NCBI RefSeq assembly: GCF_006345805.1 | Contig: NW_021832971.1 | Location: forward strand, 1-64,000 | DNA length: 64,000 bases | From: Octopus sinensis | Lineage: Eukaryota | Reading direction: 5' to 3' | Shown here: piece by piece, positions 1 through 12,495 of the stretch | How positions within the stretch are numbered: position 1 is the stretch's first letter | Layout of the letters: every line of letters starts with the position of its first letter | The notes under the pieces: model-generated | Told to the model about the DNA's origin: nothing | What the model saw: the letters and a program-made list of their open reading frames with translations, nothing else | Databases searched by the model: none | Position numbers and translations under genes: made by a program

Positions 1-234
1 CGGCATTGCGTGTGCGAATTAATTTCATATACAACATCATTGTAGATATTGTCGTTACACAGTTTCATCTGGACGCAGAAAGAGGGCACGGCTGGACTGG
101 TTTCAGTCCTCGTGTTCTCTTCAGCAAACCATTATTGTTCTTTAACTGCGCATGAATAAAGAAGTTATTTATCGCTGCTATTGTTGGTGACAAAATTAAA
201 TTGAAGATCTTGATTGATTCACTGACAGACAGAT

Positions 235-235
<1 letters not shown>

Positions 236-317
<82 letters not shown>

Positions 318-337
318 CAGATACAAACATACCTACA

Positions 338-371
<34 letters not shown>

Positions 372-405
372 CATACATACATACCTACATACATATATAC
401 ATACA

Positions 406-439
<34 letters not shown>

Positions 440-501
440 CATACATACATATATACATACATACATACATACATACATACATACATACCTACATACCTAC
501 A

Positions 502-535
<34 letters not shown>

Positions 536-615
536 CATACATACATACACATACATACATACATACATACATACATACATACAGACAGACAGACAGACAG
601 ACAGACATACATACA
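236..615. repeat. Compound (GATA)n/(CATA)n microsatellite
   Basis: Directly visible. Confidence 0.97.
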
Positions 616-927
616 TGCATATATACATTATTTAATAACTGTATGATTCGGTTCCCGAGAGCTAGATTCGTTTTTTCGAACCTATGAAATTTTGAGTTGC
701 GTGCAGCTGAATCGAAGTGTCTTAAGTAATGTTATATCCAACTCCTAGCAAATGTCTTGAGTGCCCCCTTCTCGTTTACTCACTTACTCGTATATACATG
801 CACACACACTCTCACACACACATATATATATGTATGTATGTATATATATATGTATATATGTATGTGTATATATATATGAAAAAAAGTCAAGATAAAAAAT
901 GCTAAAATAATTTTATAAAAAGCATTT

Positions 928-963
928 CAGTACCGGTTTCAGTCATTGCGACTTTTTCAACTG
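928..963 (-). ncRNA. Minimal type I hammerhead ribozyme with U3-A8 core variant
   Basis: Minus strand: CAG-UUGAAAA-AGUC gcaau GACU-GAAA-CCGG-UA-CUG. Stem I CAG/CUG, palindromic ACCGGU helix III, GUA triplet. Confidence 0.6.
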
Positions 964-1202
964 CAACAATTAAATAATTAAATTTAGAAAAATTAAAAGA
1001 AATGATTTTTTAAAAGAATATTTGTATAATGTTCAAATACAAGTGGCATTTTCTTGGTTTCTGCCTGTCTCTGTCTCTCTTGTTTACTCTTGTGGGTTCG
1101 AGGTCGTTGTTTTTTTATAAAATTATTTTAGCATTTTCTATCTTGAGTTTTTTTCCATATATATCAACACGTGTGTTCCTTTTCATCCTTATACATACGT
1201 AC

Positions 1203-1239
<37 letters not shown>

Positions 1240-2157
1240 ATATAAACACACATGCAAGCGTATTTACGTGCGTATATAATCATTCATACACACATACATA
1301 CATTGCAATCCAAGAATCGGAGATTGCTACAAATTACCTAATAAAGAAGAGACATCGAAATCATTGGAGCTCCAAGAAGCAACCGAAAACGACGATTGCG
1401 TCACATTTCTGTGGAAGCCATCAGCCACGTAATCAGCGTCCCACTGTGACATGGTGCTTTTGCTAAAGCAATATACAATGACATCGGGAAACACGATTGT
1501 CACTGAGTAGAAACACTAACACAAGGATTATTTGTGGAGCATTCCAATGAAAACTTCTGTCAAGGGCAAATAACAGACCGTGAAACGTTGTGGACGACAA
1601 GAGGATGGATGTACCATCAAAGAGATCAGCCGTTCTGCTGATGCGAATATCTCTTTGGAAAGCGAGAAGACAGAGGATAGGTGTACAGGTAACAATTTCG
1701 AAGCCTCCAGCTTCTATATGCAGATTATAAATTCATAATTATTCCAATAATAACTGGCGCCCTTGGTTCTGTGAGTAAATACTTCAGTGATAATATGGAA
1801 GAGGTGAGCTTTTCAGAAAAAACAAGTCAACCAGCTGACACGAATATCGCGAATCCAATCTACAAGACTTTACTCAAGATTATCGAGTTACATTGTTTTT
1901 ATTTAGATTCCAACGACAGAGCTTCGTAGCTTTGTTAGAAACCAGCTCCTTCTTTACAGTAAATAACCTCAAATAACTAGAAATACATACATACATACAT
2001 ACACACATACATATATAGAAACTTCCATACATATATATATAACTGCAATTTTCTTTCAAAACACATAGAGAGCGTAGAAGTTGAACCTTATGCGTTAGCT
2101 AATTATAATGGATACAATAGAAAATGTTCAAATCGGGCAAACTACGCTTAACACACA

Positions 2158-2214
<57 letters not shown>

Positions 2215-2309
2215 CAAAATTCTTTAATCTTCGGATTTTTTAAATATGTTAATTTAATTGATTAATATCTCTGGTTTTAAGTGATTAATATCAATCTCTA
2301 CCCTTATTA

Positions 2310-2385
<76 letters not shown>

Positions 2386-3849
2386 TATAAAATACAAAAT
2401 GGGACAAGAACGCAAAATATCCAGAAGACGATACAAAAACCACGGACGGGTCATTGGAAGCCATTAATCTTCAGTCAAGAACCGGATCATCCTCATAATT
2501 TCGGCTGATTAATCTTGAGATTGCCCCAATCTGGCCAGCCCATCGTCCGTTTTTCCGTATACATTCGAAGCTTTTTTCCAAGGAATCTAATGCTCTTAGC
2601 TTAGTTTTTCCTTGGGGCTGGCCAGATTGGAGCAATCTGAAGATTAATCAGCCGAAATTGCGAGGATGATCCTGTTCTTGACTGACCCTGAACTGAACGC
2701 ATATCTAACGTAAACAACCTTTTTTCCCTGATGAAGGAGACGTTCTTTGAAAATGAATCTTCGGATTAATTTGTTATTTGGATTTGCCTGATTTGAACTG
2801 TTTCTATCGTGTATATATATATACACATCCAAACATGCACATACAGATAACGTGATGGATAAAATAAATTGATTTTATTTACCTGTCGGTATGCCATCTT
2901 CACAGCCTGTATTTAAATCCTTCACTCTTATGATAAACTTTTTTTTATCAGTAAATATTACTCCACAGAAATTACTGGTTACTGTCGTAGGAAACCTGGG
3001 AGTATCCGTGTGTACACTCACACACATACACAGATAAACATGTGTGTGTGTGTAGGGACAGAGAGAGAAAAATGCGTCTGTATTTAGCTGTTGGTGTCTA
3101 ACAGTAATAAATAACACTCACACACTCACACACACCACACACACACACATACACCACACACACACACACACACACCACACACACACTCACACACACCACA
3201 CACACTCACACACATACACACACACCACACACACACCACACACACACACATATGTATGTATATTATGTAGCGTATAGAAAGCAATTGTCTGCTTTAATAT
3301 TTTTGGGTGCGGTGAGCTTTTTACCCCACTCTCTGCTTTTGTACACCCAACTTTTCGGTCTGGTAAACCCAAATACATGTCAAACAATTGTATCGATATT
3401 CTTGACTAAGAACACCTCCCAAAACTGGTTTCTGGCTAAGTAAGAAACCTTCCTTGGTAAAATCCTGTATTTGTTGGGTGAATAAGCAATGAAATACTCG
3501 GCTTCATCGAACGGATTAACCCTTCTTGCCAAATGTCTGGTGTTCTACTTGAATCAGAAACAATATTTATTATTGACGTCGTTGTTGTTATTTGTTTTTG
3601 TTTTTGCTTTTTCCTGTTGTTTTACTTATTCTTATTGTCGCGATTATCTGTCTGTATTGAAAGGTTTTAAATTCGATAATGAAAATCGTGCATGGGTACA
3701 CCGGTTGTGTCACAACTACTGCAACTATTGTCGTTATTGTTCTTTCCCTTATTTGTAGTAGCAGCAGCAGTAGTAGCAGTAGCAGTAGCAGTAGCTGCAG
3801 CAGTAGTAGTAGTAGTAGTAGTAGTAGTAATTTAATTTTTTGGCTCAAA

Positions 3850-6780
3850 AAGCAAAAAGCAAGGCCGTGTAGGGAGACATTGAGTAATGTACAGGGTGGT
3901 GTTCATGCAAAGAGTTCAGGCCATTTCTGGTCAAGGGAGACTTTGAACTGAGCGGTCGTCGGCATCTTCACCATCTCGTCCGGCAGCTTATTCCACGGAT
4001 CCGCAACCCGGACGGAAAAAGCCCCTCTCCTTCGATTGAGATGAAATCGTCGCAGATAGACCTTTTCGGAATGACCCCGCAGCCGACGCTCTCGAGCAGG
4101 AGTGAAGAACAGCTCCTTCGAGAGGTTACACTTTCCGCTTATGATGTTGTGAGCAAGAATGAGATCACAAAGGCGTCGTCGTTTTTCTAGAGAATAAAGG
4201 TCGAGCGTCTTCAGCCTTTCTTCATAAGACAAATTCTTGAGACCAAGAACCATGCGGGTAGCCAGCTTCTGGACTCTTTCGAGATGCTATATGTCTTTGA
4301 GGAGATAAGGAGATGAGGCTTGAATCCCGTACTCCAATATGGGTCTCACCAGTGTGACATAGAGCGGTAGGAATATGGCTGCTGTGAGCATTCCGAATGA
4401 CCGTCGAATCAAGAACAGAACTCCGCGTGCTTTGTTGGCAGCATGGACGCACTGGGCCGAAGGCGAAAAGGAGGAATCCACTAAGATACCCAGGTCCTTT
4501 ACCTGGTCGGTCCTCTCCAGCTGCAGACGACCCGGCTCGAAATCAAGTTGAGTTGCAGGAGGAGAGCCAACAAGCAGATGACAGCACTTTGACACGTTCA
4601 GACACAGGTCCCAATCGTTAGACCATCTCCAAATTTGGTGGAGGCATCGATGAAGATCCTCTATGTCACCGCGAGGAGCAACCAGTTTGACATCGTCGGC
4701 AAATAGAAGGGTGTGTTGCGTGAGGTCGTCGGGCAAGTCATTTATGAAGACTAAGAACAATAAGGGCCCAAGCACTGAACCTTGAGGCACTCCACTGCTC
4801 GCACTGGAGACGTCGGACAGCGAACCATGAACTTGGACTTGGAAGGAGCGATCTGAGAGGAAGGCACCAACCCATCGTACAATATCCGGATGGAAACTAT
4901 ATGCTTGACGCTTGACAAGTAATAGGCGGTGGTTTACCGAGTCAAAAGCTTTGGCAAAGTCCAATAAAACGATGTCAACAGCATCACTATCATCGAGGAT
5001 GCGCGTCACCGATTCTTCCATTACCAGTAAGTTGGTCAAGCATGATCTCTTCGGCACGGAGTCGTGTTGTGAATCAGAGATAGAGGCTGTGTTTTGGAGG
5101 TGGAGCATCATACTTTTCTTAAGGATGGTTTCGAACATCTTGCTGATTATTGAAGTAAGGGAAACCGGTCGGTAGTTAAGCGGGTCTTCGCGGCTCCCTT
5201 TCTTGAAAATTGGGCAGATTATCGCTGTTCTCCAGTCCGCAGGTATAACACCCGTCGCCAATGACATATTGAATAGACGTGTTAAGGGCTCGCAGATGAC
5301 CGGAGCCAACGCTTTGATAACCCGTGGGTGTATGCCGTCAGGGCCGTGACCCTTGTTGACATCGAGGCCTTGAATAAAGCGTTCAACTTCGTCCCGCGTG
5401 ATGACCAATCGAAGCATTGGAGGTACCGATCTATCAAATGGAGGGGGTTCACAACTATCATATTGTTTGAAAATAGTTGAAAAAGCCTCGGCAAATAATT
5501 GACTCTGTTGATAAGGGTCCTCAATCGATACGCCTGTTGAGTCTACCAACGTTGTAACTTGGTTGTTCAAGCGGGAATTCCGTTGGACATGGGCAAAGAA
5601 GGTTTTTGGATTGCGACTGGCGTTTGCCCCGATTCTGTATTCATATCTGAAGCGTTCTTCCTTTTCAATTTTCACGGCTCGGTCTCGTTGAGTTTTGTAC
5701 ACCTCAAAAGCTGCAGTCAGTCAACCAGATTACATATACTTTGAGTGACGACCATAGTTCGTCAATTGAGGACAACGTCATCAGGGATCGCCAGTCCAGA
5801 AGCGCGGTTAGAATTTCAAGATTAATTGCAGAGAAGACTCTACGTGGCAGCGAAGTAGTCGTGGGCGTTGAAAAAGTTGTGTGCATGTCGAACTTCAGGA
5901 CCGCGTGATCACTCTTGGCAAGAGGGGCGCACACAGATAAGCCTGACACTAATCTTGGATAGCTGGAGAATACCAGATCCAGCATAGATGACTACTGCCC
6001 AGACCGATGCCTTGTCGGATATTCAACATGTTGCGATAGAAAACAATCTTCAGTTACGTCAAGAAGGGCCTGGCCGAACCGGGAAGATGACGTACAAATT
6101 GATGCGGGCCAATCGATCGTGGGAGCGTTGAAGTCTCCTAATATCAAACAGTCATGAGAAGCTGAAACGAATCTTATCGCTTCGAGTAAATGAGCATCGT
6201 CCTGGGGGTCGGCAAGAGGCGGCCTGTAGACAGCTAACACGGGCAGGCAACACCCGGATAGGCTCAGCTTGCAATAGATGGCATCGAATTTTGTTGTAGG
6301 TTGAGGTTGAGCATTAGTGGGTAGAATACCGCTGGACGGTTTGAGATCAGATTTAACATACACAGAAACACCTCCACCTCGCCTTTTTTCTCTGTCACAT
6401 CTGAAGAGGGCGTAGCCCTGTAGGTGGATTTCCGAGTCCTTTACTGCTGGAGTCAGCCAAGTCTCGGTGATAGCTATCACATCAGGGGAATCACGCATGG
6501 CCAGTGTAAATAGTTCGCTGAACTTTGGAAATAAGGAGCACGAGTTGGTATAGACGATGCTGAGCTGTGAAGTTTGAGGGGCGGGAATTGGGGAACAAGC
6601 AGAATAAGGGGTATCAGAGATAGCATCGTTGACAGGGGTATCTACTTTACTTCGATTCGCCCTCGATTCACTTTCCCTGTCAGCACTACAGCATGCGACC
6701 AGAGGTAGGACTTGATTATTTGTCCATCTTGGATGCGTAAACCCTTCTCTCCCATCTGCAGCAGCAGCAGCAGCATTTAA
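3850..6780 (-). mobile_element. CR1/L2-type LINE, 5'-truncated, with nearly complete ORF2 (AP endonuclease + reverse transcriptase) split by a few stops/frameshifts
   Basis: APE motifs IAITETWL, GGGV, GDFN (5992-6498); RT motifs NYRPVSL, LDFAKAFDSV, GVPQGSVLGPLLF, FADDVKL (4287-5702); C-terminal FSVRVADPWNKLP (3903-4253); short (gcttttt)2 3' tail near 3850. Confidence 0.92.
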
Positions 6781-6912
6781 AATGATTTAAAACAATTTAA
6801 ACCTACAAACCAGTAAAGAAGTGTCGCCTTAGTCTGCTGGCTGGGGACAGTTGACACTTTCCATCATACCCAGTAAAATAAGAAGAGAATTGTTATCAAA
6901 TGATGATGATGG

Positions 6913-6943
<31 letters not shown>

Positions 6944-6946
<3 letters not shown>

Positions 6947-7238
6947 GGGTTCTTCTCTCGAAGACGACGTACGAGCTTTCAGCTTTTCATCGAACGACTC
7001 TGCACTAATGATTTGTCTATAGTGATCAAATGTATGTGATGCACATTAGCTCCCTCTCCCTTCCATCAAATCGATGTTACCTGAACAGGTGCACGGCGTG
7101 TCACGCGTCAGGTGTCGAGATGAGCGCAGAACAAAGTGTAGTACTCAAGAACGCAACACACCACCCGGTCTAGGAATTGAAACGGCGATCACCAGGTCGT
7201 GACTGCAATACCTTAAACACTTGGCTATGTGTGCCCTC
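6944..7238 (-). mobile_element. tRNA-derived SINE
   Basis: Minus strand starts with a tRNA-like head (atagccaagtgtttaagg...gtttcaattcc), followed by gtgttgcgttcttgag, shared with the 18360 copy. Confidence 0.7.
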
Positions 7239-7430
7239 ATCATCATCATCATCATTAGAAGAAGAAGGAGGAGGAGGAGGGGAGGAAGAGGAGAAAAGGT
7301 AGACGACGAAGGAGGAGGAGAAGAAGAAGAAGAAGAAAAGAAGAAGAAGAAGAAGAAGAAGAAGAAGAAGAAGAAGAAGAAGAAGAAGAAGAAGAAGAAG
7401 AAGAAGAAGAAGAAGAAGAAGAAGAAGAAG
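7225..7430. repeat. (CAT)n/(GGA)n/(GAA)n trinucleotide tract
   Basis: Directly visible. Confidence 0.95.
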
Positions 7431-8279
7431 CACATCTCGTTCAGAGATTTATTATTGCTTGTAGACAGTTTTTCGAAATCAGTGACAGTGGTTACTGGGA
7501 AAAACATTAAATAGATATTCGCAAACAGGTCTCCCTTTATCAAAAACCGGTGATTATCGTACGTTGACAAGAGGCAAATACCTCGAAACTGCAGTCCGTA
7601 AATATCACTTAGGTTTATGAGAGAGGGATGACCTCCCTTTGCAAATACCATAAGGGCACAGAAAGTGTGCCTAAAGCCAGCTGGAGACGATGATCTCCCG
7701 GGGCTAAAAGCTACAGTAACACACACCCTTAGTGGTTAGCTATATTGAGATGGCTAGTATACTAGTCTACATCACTAGATGCAAATGATGTTTCATCAGA
7801 CTTCTCTCTTCGAGACAGATGTTTAAAGAGAGACTGTGTTCGGCCAGCGGCTGGATGGCAATTGACCCTTCACCCACCCTTTGATAGGTTTCGTTTTATA
7901 TTCTGCAGGGTATCCAATGAAAACTCTCTTTATCAGGCAGGCTTAGTAGGGTTTCCAGCTTCAGTGCCGACAGCCCGACGATGCGACAGATCGAACTGGG
8001 TTCTATGATACCAGTAACACTAAGAGCAACATAAATGCATAGATCACTCAGAGTTACATTTTACATTTTCCACTTTCGCTAATTTGAAGAGCTTTTCAGA
8101 CACACAATATTTTGAACCTGTAAATGTAGTGATTTCAGAGGATTTCTTTGTAATCTAGATGTTTAGAACCAGTTTCATTCATAACAGTTCAAATATTTTT
8201 TCACAGAATATAATGTAATTTGGTATCGTTACGAAATTATCTACATTCATTTATGTAAGTATGGATGGAAATGTGTAGT

Positions 8280-8316
<37 letters not shown>

Positions 8317-8690
8317 GTACAAATATGTATATACACACACATTTCTGTGTATGCGCGCACAGATGGCTACATATACAGATGCATGCATATGCATATGTAT
8401 GCCACACACACACATAGTTACAAGCTTACGTATACAAGGTATTCGGGATACATATTTTATGCCTATTTTTTTTCAGGAAGGGCTTCAGGTATTGTTGAAC
8501 AATCAACGGCGATGGAGAGCATAAAGATTAAAGTTTAAGTTGATCAAACGTTTGCTGACTTGAAACACTGAAAGCCATTGGAAGACAAATACCTATATCA
8601 GGACGATTTGCGCCGGATGTCACATTGCTGGCATTATGACTGCTGCTCGATACACTGTGAACACTGCAAAGGTTGTAAGACATGCATATC

Positions 8691-9290
8691 ATGAAAACCA
8701 AGTTGCCCTAAACTGTGATGGTCAGTGGGTGTGTCTCCTGTGTGGGTGAAGCCATGCCGTTCCACACTTTTGGAAAGGGCCTAAGGCTTACTTCAGATGG
8801 TTATGTGACGATACTGGAGACTGTATTGAAACCCTGGCTGGGGATTGTTACTACTGCTTGAAGGCCACGTTTGGAAGCAGAATTTGGATCTAACCATACT
8901 TTCAGAAAGAGTCAGAAATGGTTGTTGGAGAATTTCTACGGCTTTATCAGGTCCGTTTTCATGCCGCCTAATTTTCCCGATCGCAATCCGATGGATTACT
9001 ATGCGTGGGGCAATTAGAAACAATACCAACCGCTGTGTTTGCAACACCAAGGCCGAGTCGGTTGCCAAAATCAAGAAGGCGTCCCAAGATCTTCCCGACG
9101 ACACAGTGAGGAACGCATGCGCCAGGTTCCGGAACCGTCTCGAAGCAGTGGTGGAAGTTGGGTGTGGTTACTCTGAGTAAACTGCTATCTCCCAGCCATA
9201 ATCCAATTGATATCTTTTGCTCTTTTAAAATATCCTTAACTTACCTTAGGACATTGTGTTTTCGATTCCTTGTGTGCAAACTTTAACCAG
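8691..9290 (+). mobile_element. Tc1/mariner transposase remnant (C-terminal catalytic region)
   Basis: Frameshifted translation gives TVMVSGCVS..GE.MP.H.F..GLRL.SDGYV..LETVLKPWL, and SPDRNPMDYYAWG...ACARFRNRLEAVVEVGCGYSE. Confidence 0.85.
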
Positions 9291-10510
9291 AACACTCTTT
9301 ATATGTCGATCATATTACAAACAAAACTTCTTGAACCGTTTACATAATTTGACTGTCGCTCTGACAGCTTGGAGCTATAATCTTTTAGTAAGAGACGTTC
9401 TTTCTGGCTTTATGAAACCTATCCTCTCAAGATTGGCAGTGAGACAGTAGTTAGTCACGTAGCCAAGTGCACCAATAATCGTGACGATGGCTTAACTGTA
9501 TACATGTATGTCAGAAGACGTCATTGTGTGTGTATATATGTATATATGTTTGCATGTGGAGAGAGAAAGGGAAGATGAAAAAGTGAGAGAGAAAGAGAGA
9601 TAGCTAGATAGATAGATAAATAGACAAATAGAGCGAGAGAGAGAGGAATACAAAAACAGATCGATAGATGACAATATATGTAGGAGCTAAAAATAAAAAC
9701 CAAGATTTTATTACAAAAAGTAATTTTCATAATTTATGTCGAATTTATCACAGGTTTTTAAATAACTGATATAATTGTATTATTTATTACATAGATATTA
9801 TAGAGGGGTGTAAATATATGTGTGTATATATTTGTGTGTGTGTGTGTATATGCATACATATATACACATTGTTTAATTTTATATACATATATTATTTGTA
9901 CACGAGCATATATATATCCATATATACACATATAAAACTTACTTGGAAGAGGATGCGTGGCGTTCAATTATATAATAATATAAATGATAAATATATATAT
10001 ATAAATATGGCTGTCTTAAGCACCACAAAAATCATTCTCTTAGAAAACTACATATCAGGTTTCTGAAACAAAGAATAAAAAGGGAGCCGGGCGCTGCCCT
10101 TCCCTGTCTTAGACAAATATATATATATTTATATAACAAACAGTTATTATTTACAATGGTTATGGTAACGGCATCTGTTGTAACGTGTCGTATGTTCAAC
10201 GGCATCCTTGTTAGCGGAGTCCGCTCAAAGCTGCAGAGTCTCTTCTTACTAACACAATGCTGTTGGAAATAGCATACGGGTTACACCTACTTTCCTTCGA
10301 CCCGTCGAAGTTATATAGGAAATGTCGCTGTTTCTTGGATAATTTTAATGAGAAATAATTTCGCTTTATTAATCACCGGACAGATTGGCGAGGAATACAT
10401 GTTGACTTTTTACTCTTCGTATTTTCCAAATAACCGAGTATAAGATCTGCAAACTCATGTAATGTTGAAATGATTCAACACTTCACCACTGAGGCCCGCT
10501 TATATATACA

Positions 10511-10560
<50 letters not shown>

Positions 10561-11278
10561 CGTACGTGCGTGCGTGTCTTCTGTTCTTAATTATTTAAAT
10601 TCTTCCTCTGAAGAAGGAGCTGGTTTCTAACCTAGTCACAAAGCTCCATCTCTGGAATGTAGATAACGAAAACAATGTCACATTTTAAACCTGAGAAAAG
10701 TCTTGCATAACTTTATTGTTCCGCTTACAGATTATATTTGTAATGTGAGAAACAGTTGGTTGATTTCTGTTTCTGAAAATCCAAGCTTATCCAGATTAAC
10801 CGATTATTATTGTTATAAATGTAAATTTGTAATCCGGATATTTGTAATCCGGAAGCTGGAGGATTCGAAGCAGTTGTCCTTAGTTATCTTCTTTCTCTTT
10901 GATTTCCAAAGAGAGATTCACAGCAGCAGGACAGATGACCTTCTTTGATAATACATACTTTTCCCTGTCTGTCCCAAACAACAATATCCGGCCCGTTATG
11001 CTTATAACGCGATATATGAATACATACGTAAAGAAATGTCTGGAAGCACACTCACACACAAATACACATCCATGGAATCAGTTTGCTTCAGTAATTAATG
11101 CAGGTTTGAAACAGTTTAGCACAGCTTTCGACAGCCATCGAACCATTTCGATCCTGTAATTAATAATCATTGGTACAGTTTCATATTGTCAGTGATAGAA
11201 TTTTGAAACAACCTGATGTTGCAGTCATTTACATAGTTTGATAAAGTCTTTCCATCAGATTGATCCAACGATTGAATC

Positions 11279-11748
11279 GATTTATATAACCAGCTGTATA
11301 GATTGATAGATTCTTTATGAGTTCCATGATGTCATCGATATTTTGATACAAGTTCATAGGGGCTTTGTTATTGTTCGATACCGGCATTGATCCTCTGTAA
11401 CAGAGGCATCGTTACTGTTTGATACATCAAACTGTTTGATACAGCATTGAATACACTTGATGCAGGCATTACTGTCACGTGTCAGAGACACGTGACAGTA
11501 ATGCTGATACAGCCATTAATACAGTTGTACACACCTTGTTTGAGACTGTTTGATATGGACATTCAGTCAGTTCAATAATGCATTTGATACAGTTTGATAC
11601 AATCATTGATGGAGTTACTTCCTGAATTTGATACAACGGGAGATACAATACGATACGGTTATTTCGCTGTTACAGTGGAAGGTACAATGCGATACGGTCA
11701 TTTCTGCTCATATAAGCATCTTGATACAAGCATTGATACAGCGATAGA
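11279..11748. repeat. 470-bp segment duplicated at 16783-17252
   Basis: Near-identical (two substitutions seen), offset 5504 bp; contains a perfect 18-bp hairpin. Confidence 0.9.
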
Positions 11749-12129
11749 GTTTGATAGCGTTTTGCATCCAACTTGGTACAACAGACTGATGCAGACTTTC
11801 ACGGTCACCGATACATTTTCTATACAGCCATAAATACAGTGATACAGTTTGATAGAGCCTCTGTGTTTGGTTATCTATGCAGTTTGATACAGCCACTGGT
11901 ACAGATTCCCACAGCTATTCATATAATTGAAACAACTTCTGTCTTCTTTCTGTCTTTAAAAAACACGTGTATATATGTCTCCTTAATGTGAGAACATCCA
12001 AGTCTGACGCAGCAAGAAAACGATGTTGACAAACCTTCATACATATAAGCTGTTGAGCTTTATGAACATTTAACCATATTTCTTATTCCGTTGACGTTAA
12101 AATGCTGTTCCGATATTACAACAATAGTT

Positions 12130-12396
12130 ATAAGGTTTGGGACTCAATGCTTAACGAGGTTATACACTGTCTGTGGCACCCGTTAACTCCCTTTACGTTC
12201 CAGTTCTCGGCTATGAGTGTATAGTTTCTGGTTTCTGAATCAATGGCTAACGGTGGTTGAACATCGGTTCCAGCAGTTGCAGCTGTTTCTTCAGATAGTG
12301 CTCTTGCATTTTATGGCAGTTCTAGAGTTTTTCATCCAATGCTCGTATGTGGGTCTACCATTTCACATCCTATCGTTGTAGATACTTGTACAGTTT
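12130..12396 (-). pseudogene. Fossil exon (ETVQVSTTIGCEMVDPHTSIG*...) after a 99-bp GT-AG intron
   Basis: cttttcttttacag|AA ACT GTA CAA resembles the live exon start tttttacag|AT ACT GTA GAA; contains in-frame stops. The lower boundary is approximate. Confidence 0.45.
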
Positions 12397-12495
12397 CTGT
12401 AAAAGAAAAGCGAGGTTGTGAAATCCATAACAATTCAGCTGGGAACAATTTAGATGAGAGAAGACCAACTTTTTAAAAGATAACAAATTAATTAC

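Noticed and set aside
65-612. MYVC/IYLS-repeat ORFs here, and similar ORFs at 7.1-7.7, 13.8-14.7, 18.7-19.3, 38.2-38.5, 39.3-39.8, 41.6-42.2, 47.5 and 48.2 kb
   Set aside because: They are translations of microsatellites, with no coding signal.
10600-10680. Hammerhead-like partial motifs here (CTGAAGA-ggagct...agctcc), at 2727-2755 and at 52385-52430
   Set aside because: Each lacks the GAAA, stem II or the CUGAnGA core in register; at most these are decayed remnants.
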